From assembly GCF_006345805.1 (NCBI RefSeq), contig NC_043009.1, positions 37,324,001-37,388,000 of the forward strand: a stretch of DNA of 64,000 nt. Reading direction: 5' to 3'. Of the stretch, positions 57,685-64,000 are shown piece after piece; the first letter of the stretch is position 1; each line of letters starts with the position of its first letter. Below the pieces are notes generated by a model. The model searched no databases. It was given only the letters and a program-made list of their open reading frames with translations, and was not told the DNA's origin. A program made the position numbers and the translations under genes. The stretch is from Octopus sinensis (Eukaryota).

Positions 57685-58773
57685 TCACGAGTGTATGTAT
57701 CGGAAACTATGATGCAGTTTCTTTTTGCTAGGTATGTTGATTTTTATGTGTTTGGGGTGGCAGGAGTTAAATAATAGGTATTGTTTAGAATCTGTGGGTT
57801 TATAAAAGATGTCTGTTTCTATGTGGTTGTTAACTATTCTAATTAAAATGTCTAGAAAAAGTAGTTGCTTACTGTTGTGTTCCAAAGTGAATTGTATATT
57901 ACTGTGTATGTTGTTGAGCATTCTTTTGAAATCAAGGAGTTGATCCATGCTATCTTGCCAAAGTATGAAGCAATCATCTAAATATCTCTTCCAGTTCTCC
58001 TCTCAGTAGCAATTGAAAGAGGCGCCATATTTTTCTAGTCATGATTGGTATAACTTAAGTTCGTGGTAACCCATTACGAGGTTTGCAATCACTGGAGCAG
58101 CTCGGGTCCCCATTGCAATTCCGCATTTCTGTCGATAGTAAGTAGTATCGAACAAGAAATGATTGTTCAACAGGACGAATTTCAGTGCTTCAATTATAAA
58201 ATTGTGGTTAATTCGACCTGGGATCTCATCTGGGTATTTTTCTAGCCAAAATGTGATTGCTTCTATACCATAGTCATGTGGGATATTAGTGTATAGATTC
58301 ACCGCATCGAAAGACACAAGTAGAGTTCCGTCCTTTACTGTCTTCGGGAGGTGGTTCAGCATGTCTAGGTCATCCCTGATATAGCTTTTCACATATTTTA
58401 AAAGAGGTTTGAGTAATATGTCAAGGAAGTTACTCAAACGGTGGATTTCGCAAGAAGGGCCAGCTATGATGGGTCTGAGTTTGAGGTCAGTATGTAGAGG
58501 GACATTAATGCATAGGCTTGTAGAGACTTTGCAGGCTTCACAAATGAGTGGATTTTTATGTATCTTGGGTAATCCGTAGAATGGACTAGGACTGTATTTG
58601 AAATTGGATAGATAGTCAATTTCATGTGTTGTAAGACCCTTTCCATGAATTTGGAGTAAGGAGGATAAGTTTTTCAGTGTTTTCTGTGGGTTGTAATATG
58701 TTAGTTTTTCATAGTAAGTATTATTTTCCAACATGGAAAGTATTAAATTTTTGTCGTACTCTGTATCCATCAA
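57685..58773 (-). pseudogene. PLE reverse transcriptase domain (broken)
   Basis: ORFs 58039-58773 and 57685-57948 with an intervening frameshifted YLDD motif; PLE-type RT motifs. Confidence 0.9.
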
Positions 58774-59469
58774 TACTACCGCACTTCCTTTGTCGGCTTC
58801 TTTAATAGTGAGGTATATGTCATTTTTTAGCTCGACAAGGTCTTTCCATTCATTTAAATTAAGGTTGGATTTGATATGTTATTTTGGAATGGTATTGTAA
58901 GGAAAACAAGTTATGTGATCACAGAAAACATCAAGTGCTTTATTTCTACCTTTTGTAGGATGGTACTCACTTTTGTTTTTCACTATTGAGTCATCTTCAC
59001 TGGTGTAGTTGTAAAGAGCTTCTGTGAGGCGTAATTTTCGGCAGAAGTCCAAAGTATTGTCCTTGATATCATTTGGATTCGATCTGCGGTGGGCAGGGGT
59101 AAATTTTAGACCTCTTGCTAGGATTTTGATTTGTATAGAACTCAGGATTTTCTTTGACAGGTTGATTATTTTCGGTTGGACTTGTTTATTTGTTTCCATT
59201 TCACAACTCTGTTTCTCTGGTTTGCGTCTAAAAAATGGTTGTAGTATGTGGATTGTAGTGGAAGGTCTGTATTTTGTTTGGTTTGCTGAGGGAAAGGTGG
59301 GTGTAAATTGTGTCTATGGTAGTATGTTTGTGGTGGAGTGGTTGTGTAGTGTACTGGATTATGGTTGTACTGAGGATTGTTATATCGTCTGTGGCTACTA
59401 TAGTTCTTGGTTTAATTGATTATATATATATATATACATATATATATGTATGTATATATATATACATAT

Positions 59470-59720
59470 ACATGATTCGTCTACCTCTCAACTTCTGTTC
59501 TTTCAACATGTGATCTCTTGAGCACCACCAGCAAAAATATTTTTTCCTCTGTCTTCCCTTCTTGGGATCTTTCCTTCTCCTTGTTTCCGACGAAGAGCTC
59601 CGCTCGAAACGTTAAACCCTCCTTCCCTTCTTTCCTGAGCGTCAGTAATACTTTAATTGTTCCACGTCCTCGCGTTGCTGTGTTTTTTTCTCTTTTTTTC
59701 TGTGTTTTCTTGTTTGGATT
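59470..59720 (+). mobile_element. Probable PLE terminal fragment; related inverted fragment at about 59830-59950
   Basis: Carries the minimal hammerhead-like motif; the downstream tccttcccttctttcctgagcgtc segment resembles the reverse complement of 59855-59915. Confidence 0.4.
59583..59617 (+). ncRNA. Minimal PLE-type hammerhead-like motif (U4C core)
   Basis: GUUU CCGACGA A GAGC ucc GCUC GAA AC GU U AAAC; 4-bp stems I and II and a loopless palindromic stem III. Confidence 0.45.
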
Positions 59721-59723
59721 AAC

Positions 59724-59756
<33 letters not shown>

Positions 59757-59982
59757 GTGTGTGTATTGTTATATAGTCAATTCAAATACACATTCAATTC
59801 AAATAAACGAGTAAAATTGAAGGACAACAAGAGAACGTGCAGAAGAAATGTATTAGCTCGACGCTCAGGGAAAAGAGAGGGTTTGGTGTTTCGAGCCTTA
59901 CTCATCGGAGAGGAGAAAGTGAAAGTCCAAAGAAAGAAAAGAAATCAGCAACAGCACAATCGTCAGTTATAATTTCCTATCC

Positions 59983-60200
59983 TGTTTTATTGAGAATCTG
60001 TACATCCCCCGCGACTGGCTAAGTGAACTGTACCAGTGAGTATAAATGAGCATGCACAGAACAATCTGAGAAGAGTTCATATGCGCAGTCATAGGGTACA
60101 GGTCGTAGGAATTATTGAATAGAGATATCGTGGAGTGCTTATTGAAGATACACAGTTGGAGAGTAATATGAGAACATCAGGAACGTTTGATATTATAACA
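59983..60200 (+). repeat. 5' LTR of Gypsy element
   Basis: 218 bp TGTTTT...TATAACA, homologous to 62807-63469; followed by a PBS-like AGTGACGAGG. Confidence 0.85.
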
Positions 60201-60782
60201 GTCAGATATATCAGTGACGAGGATACCTCCCACTGTATAACGGTGTCATTATAACAGTAGCAACAAGGTTACGAACGCTCGTAGGAGTGTCGAAATGGAA
60301 GAACTATTAGCTTTCGTTGTAAAGCGACAACAACAGTTGCAGGAGCACGCAAGTTCGAACAAGACATCTGAGAAGTTTTTAAAAATATATCCTGATGTTT
60401 TTTTCGGAAGAACTTGGTACATGTTCGAAAATAAAAGTGAAATTCCAACCAAAAGAAAATGCCGTTCCGGTTTTTAAACCAAAGAGAGTTGTGCCTTTTT
60501 CCGACACTGAATCAAGTAGGAAAAGAATTTATAAGACTTGAAAATATTGGTGTAATACAAAAATTAGACTGTTCGGAATGGGCAGCACCAACTGTGTATA
60601 TAAAAAACAAAAATAAGAAAATAAGGGTTTGCACTGATTTTTCGACGGGATTTAATGAATGTCTGAAAACTTATAACTATCCGTTACCAAGTCCAGAGCA
60701 GATTTTTTGCCAAGCTTAATGGAAACACTTTTTTCTAAACTGGATTTATCGGAATCTTATTTACAGCTTCAGGTAGACGACC

Positions 60783-60942
60783 GTCTGTCTTTACGTTCTG
60801 AGTTCAAATTCCGCCGAGGTCGACTTTGCTTTCATCCTTTGGGGTCGATAATTTAAGTACCAGTTTCGTACTGGGGGGTTGATCTAAATGACTGGCCCCC
60901 TCCCAAAATATTTCGGGCCTTTTGCCTAGAGTAGAAAAGAAT
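60783..60942 (+). mobile_element. 5'-truncated SINE family D inside Gypsy pol
   Basis: TTACGTTCTGAGTTCAAATTCCGCCGAGGTCGAC... body interrupts pol right after LQLQVD. Confidence 0.8.
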
Positions 60943-61341
60943 GTAGTGCGGGAACTACCAGTCACATTGGAAGAGATAAAAAGTAAAGCAGAAAAAGAAG
61001 CATTTATTAACAAAAGGAAAAAAAATAATAATGAATGAGACAAATACAAAAAATTATGTCTCTGAACGTAACGCAGGTTCGAAATACTATTCGATGTGTG
61101 ACAATGTGTTGATGTACGCTCAGAGGGTTATGATACCTGTTGTACTACAAAATAGAATGCTAAAAGAATTTCATGTAGGTCATCCTGGAATTGCAAGGAT
61201 GAAGTCCCTCATGAGAAGTTATATTTACTGGCCTAGTATGGATAAAGATATCGAGAAACTGGTGAAAGCAAGCAGGGGATGCGCCCTGGCAGCTAAGGTA
61301 CCTCTAGTAAAGATTCAGCCGTGACCAAAGACAGATATACC

Positions 61342-61765
61342 TATTTCTTTACTACCCACAAGGAGCTAAACACAGAGAGGACAAACAAGGACAGACAAAC
61401 GGATTAAGTCGCTTATATCGACCCCAGTGCGTTACTGGTACTTAATTTACCGACCCCGAAAGGATGAAAGGCAAAGTCAACCTCGGCGGAATTCGAACTC
61501 AGAACGCAGCGGCAGACGAAATACCTATTTCTTTACTACCCACAAGGGGCTAAACACAGAGAGGACAAACAAGGACAGACAAACGGATTAAATCGATTAC
61601 ATCGACCCCAGTGCGTAACTGGTACTTAATTTATCGACCTCGAAAGGATGAAAGGCGAAGTTGACCTCGGCGGAATTTGAACTCAGAACGTAAAGACAGA
61701 CGAAATACCGCTAAGCGTTTCGCCAGGTGTGCTAACGTTTCTGCCAGCTCCCCGCCAGCTCCCCG
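61342..61765 (-). mobile_element. SINE family D dimer inserted in Gypsy integrase
   Basis: 184-bp internal repeat (61342 and 61526); 17-bp TSD CCAAAGACAGATATACC at 61325-61341 and 61766-61782. Confidence 0.88.
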
Positions 61766-62649
61766 CCAAAGACAGATATACCGTGGTCTTGACAACACAT
61801 ATATTTTGCAGGACCACTAAACTGAGTGTATTATCTGGTAGTGGTAGATAGCTACACAAAATGGCCTGAAATCTGTAAGTGCAGAAAACCAACTACGAAA
61901 ATAACTACTGATTTTTTTAATGAAATACCTGCACGTTTTGATGTACCGGATACTACAGAGTCGGATAATACGGCGCAATTTACATCAAAAGAGATCAAAG
62001 GTTTTTGTAAGACACATCAAATGGAACATGTCACTATCCCACCATATCATCCGAGGTCAAACGGACTTGCGGAGAGGTTCGTAGATTAGTTTAAAAGATC
62101 GTTGAGGAAAACTAGAAACGAATCATTAGTGGATAATACACTGACAACATTTTTACGCGTCTATAGAATAACGTCAAACCCCAACACAGAGTCGAATTTG
62201 TCACCCGCTGAATTAATACTCGCCAGAAAGGTACGATCAGTATTTGATAAATTGTTACCAAGAAAGAAACAACAAATTCAACAGAAAACTATTAATAATA
62301 CAAACTATTTCAATATAGGTGACGCAGTATTTTTTTAAATGTACAAATATGGAAAACAAAGTTGGGAACAAGGACGAATAACCAAACGTCTTTGTAGAGA
62401 AATATATATGGTGAAAGGGCAGACATGTGTGCATAAGAGACATGTAAATCAAATGAAAAAGTGATACGCAGAAGGACGAAAGAGACAAGAAGAGCCTATG
62501 GAAATACTTTATGACATATTTGATATTCAGGCGCCTCGGGAAAGGGTTGAAACGGTGCGCAAGTCAACTAGAAAGAGAAAGCGGACGGAGATGTTGGAGA
62601 CTGATCCTAAACAAAAAATACGCCAATTTCTCCACAAGGAAGAAATAAA

Positions 62650-62676
62650 ATGATGATGATAATAATAATAATAATG

Positions 62677-62727
<51 letters not shown>

Positions 62728-62728
62728 G

Positions 62729-62780
<52 letters not shown>
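62650..62780. repeat. (ATA)n microsatellite inside the Gypsy 3' UTR
   Basis: Directly visible between the integrase end and the PPT. Confidence 0.95.
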
Positions 62781-62806
62781 GGGAAAGCCTGCCTCAAAGG
62801 GGGAGG

Positions 62807-63469
62807 TGTTTATGGGGAATCTGTACACCTCTGTGATTGGCTAAGTAAACTGTACAAGTTAGTATAAATGAGCATGCGCAGAACAGCCTGAGAGGAGTGT
62901 CATATTCACAGTCATAGTATATAGGTCGTAGGAATTATTGAATAGAGATATCGTGGAGTGCTTGTTGAAATCTTCAAAGCCACAGTCGAACCAATTCTAC
63001 TATATGGCTCAGAAACCTGGACGTTATCAAAGAAGCTTGAGATGCGGTTGGATGGAACCTACACTCGCCTCCTTATGAGAGCTCTAAATCTAATCTTATG
63101 AGAGTCATCCAACCAAAATGCAAATATATGGGAAACTACCACCTGTATCATCTCTTGTGAAAGGTAGGAGAGTCCAGTTTGCTGGACATTATTGTAGAGC
63201 TGAAAACGAAACAATTTCTACTCTTCTCCTCTGGAAGTCATCTACTCGCAATACCAGAGGGCGCACACTCTCCTACTCTGATGTAATCTCCAGGGATACA
63301 GGCATCCAGCAACAGGACCTCCGTAATGCTATGATGGACCGTGAAGTCTGGCGTAGCATGGTAAATTCCATTGTCTCGACCACGGTCGAACAATGATGAT
63401 GATGATGATGATGTTGAAGATACACAGTTGGAGAGTAAGGGAACATCAAGAACGTTTGATATTATAACA
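62807..63469 (+). repeat. 3' LTR of Gypsy element, split by an RTE insertion
   Basis: Begins TGTTTATGG directly after the PPT; LTR sequence resumes after 63411 and ends TATAACA at 63469. Confidence 0.85.
62970..63411 (+). mobile_element. 5'-truncated RTE-clade LINE inserted in the LTR
   Basis: IFKATVEPILLYGSETW...RRVQFAGH...MMDREVWR C-terminal RT region, (TGA)n tail, 7-bp TSD TGTTGAA (62963-62969 and 63412-63418). Confidence 0.88.
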
Positions 63470-64000
63470 GTGACGACGAAAAGTCGTACGTCATATCTGT
63501 ATTTTTACTTACTACCTTAAATATATTTTCTCTCCTTATACGTCTACCCTCTTACCTCTCTTAACCCTCCACCCGTAAACGTACAAATACATACGCCTAC
63601 ATACATCTTCACCCCTTCATTCGCTTTTTCTTTTATTGAACCAATTTATGCCATTTTACCATAACCGTGCTTAAACTCCATACCCTTCCTTGTTTTATTC
63701 ATAGATACTTTCTTTCGTCCCCCACGACCAAAATTATTTCTCCACCCCACCCCCCTCCTCCAATTTCTTTTCTCTTCAAATGCCAATCCCACTATTGAAT
63801 TCTATGATTAAGCTAAAACTACTATATTATCCTCTATTTCACTCCCCAATATTTTATCTTATTTTATCTTATTTTATTTATATTTTTCCTTTCTTCCCTT
63901 CTTCTATTACTTATTTCTCCCTCATTTATATACCCCTCACATACTATACCCTCCACACATTCTGACTGAATCTTAGCATCAACATGTAGCGTTTAATCTA

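Larger units (their letters stand above)
56895..59420 (-). mobile_element. Penelope-like element (Neptune-type), near full-length, frameshifted/degenerate
   Basis: Minus-strand fragments in the expected order: INLS..L.RGLKFTP N-terminus, EADKGSAVV, YGLPKIHK, LRPII, SFDAVNLYTNIP, GIAMGT..AP..ANL, WKRYLDDCF (about 57975), FLDILI..YKPT..YL.FNSCHP, Cys-rich linker KCGRSNRGTCP, then GIY-YIG-like NVIYVMTC..CGKLYSGQTG...R...H. Confidence 0.93.
59983..63469 (+). mobile_element. Ty3/Gypsy LTR retrotransposon (K02A2.6/Mag-like), internally deleted, with nested insertions
   Basis: Two related TG...CA LTRs and PPT AAAGGGGGAGG (62796-62806). Pol remnants: SEWAAPTV..K..RVCTDF..G.N..L....YPLP (RT N-half), HxGHPGI..MKSL.R...YWP.MD.DIE (integrase zinc-binding), VVVDSYTKWPE, SDN.AQFTS, PYHPRSNGLAERFV (integrase core). 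Confidence 0.92.

Overview
AT-rich, microsatellite- and SINE-dense eukaryotic genomic DNA. The repeat landscape fits a coleoid cephalopod (Octopus-like); this is an inference from repeat families and composition. The window lies largely inside a minus-strand gene for a Cys-loop (pentameric) ligand-gated ion channel of the GlyR/GluCl/GABA-A anion-channel type, which the ORF track mostly misses. I recover five well-supported exons (22052-22122, 15069-15136, 8777-9003, 3121-3203, 1117-1263) with GT-AG boundaries and compatible phases, plus a candidate signal-peptide exon (32375-32497). Together they give almost the whole extracellular domain, and the agonist pocket is strongly remodelled. The transmembrane exons lie beyond position 1. 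The introns and upstream region carry a near full-length degenerate Penelope-like element (RT + GIY-YIG), an internally deleted Ty3/Gypsy element with nested SINE and RTE insertions, RTE and R4/Dong-like LINE relics, Tc1/mariner remnants, non-autonomous Helitrons and about five SINE families. They also carry several unrelated hammerhead-ribozyme-like motifs, mostly in short Penelope-type fold-back insertions. One repeated family has a compensatory G3-C8 swap of the canonical C3-G8 core pair. All alignments and folds were done by eye; no database search or folding program was run.
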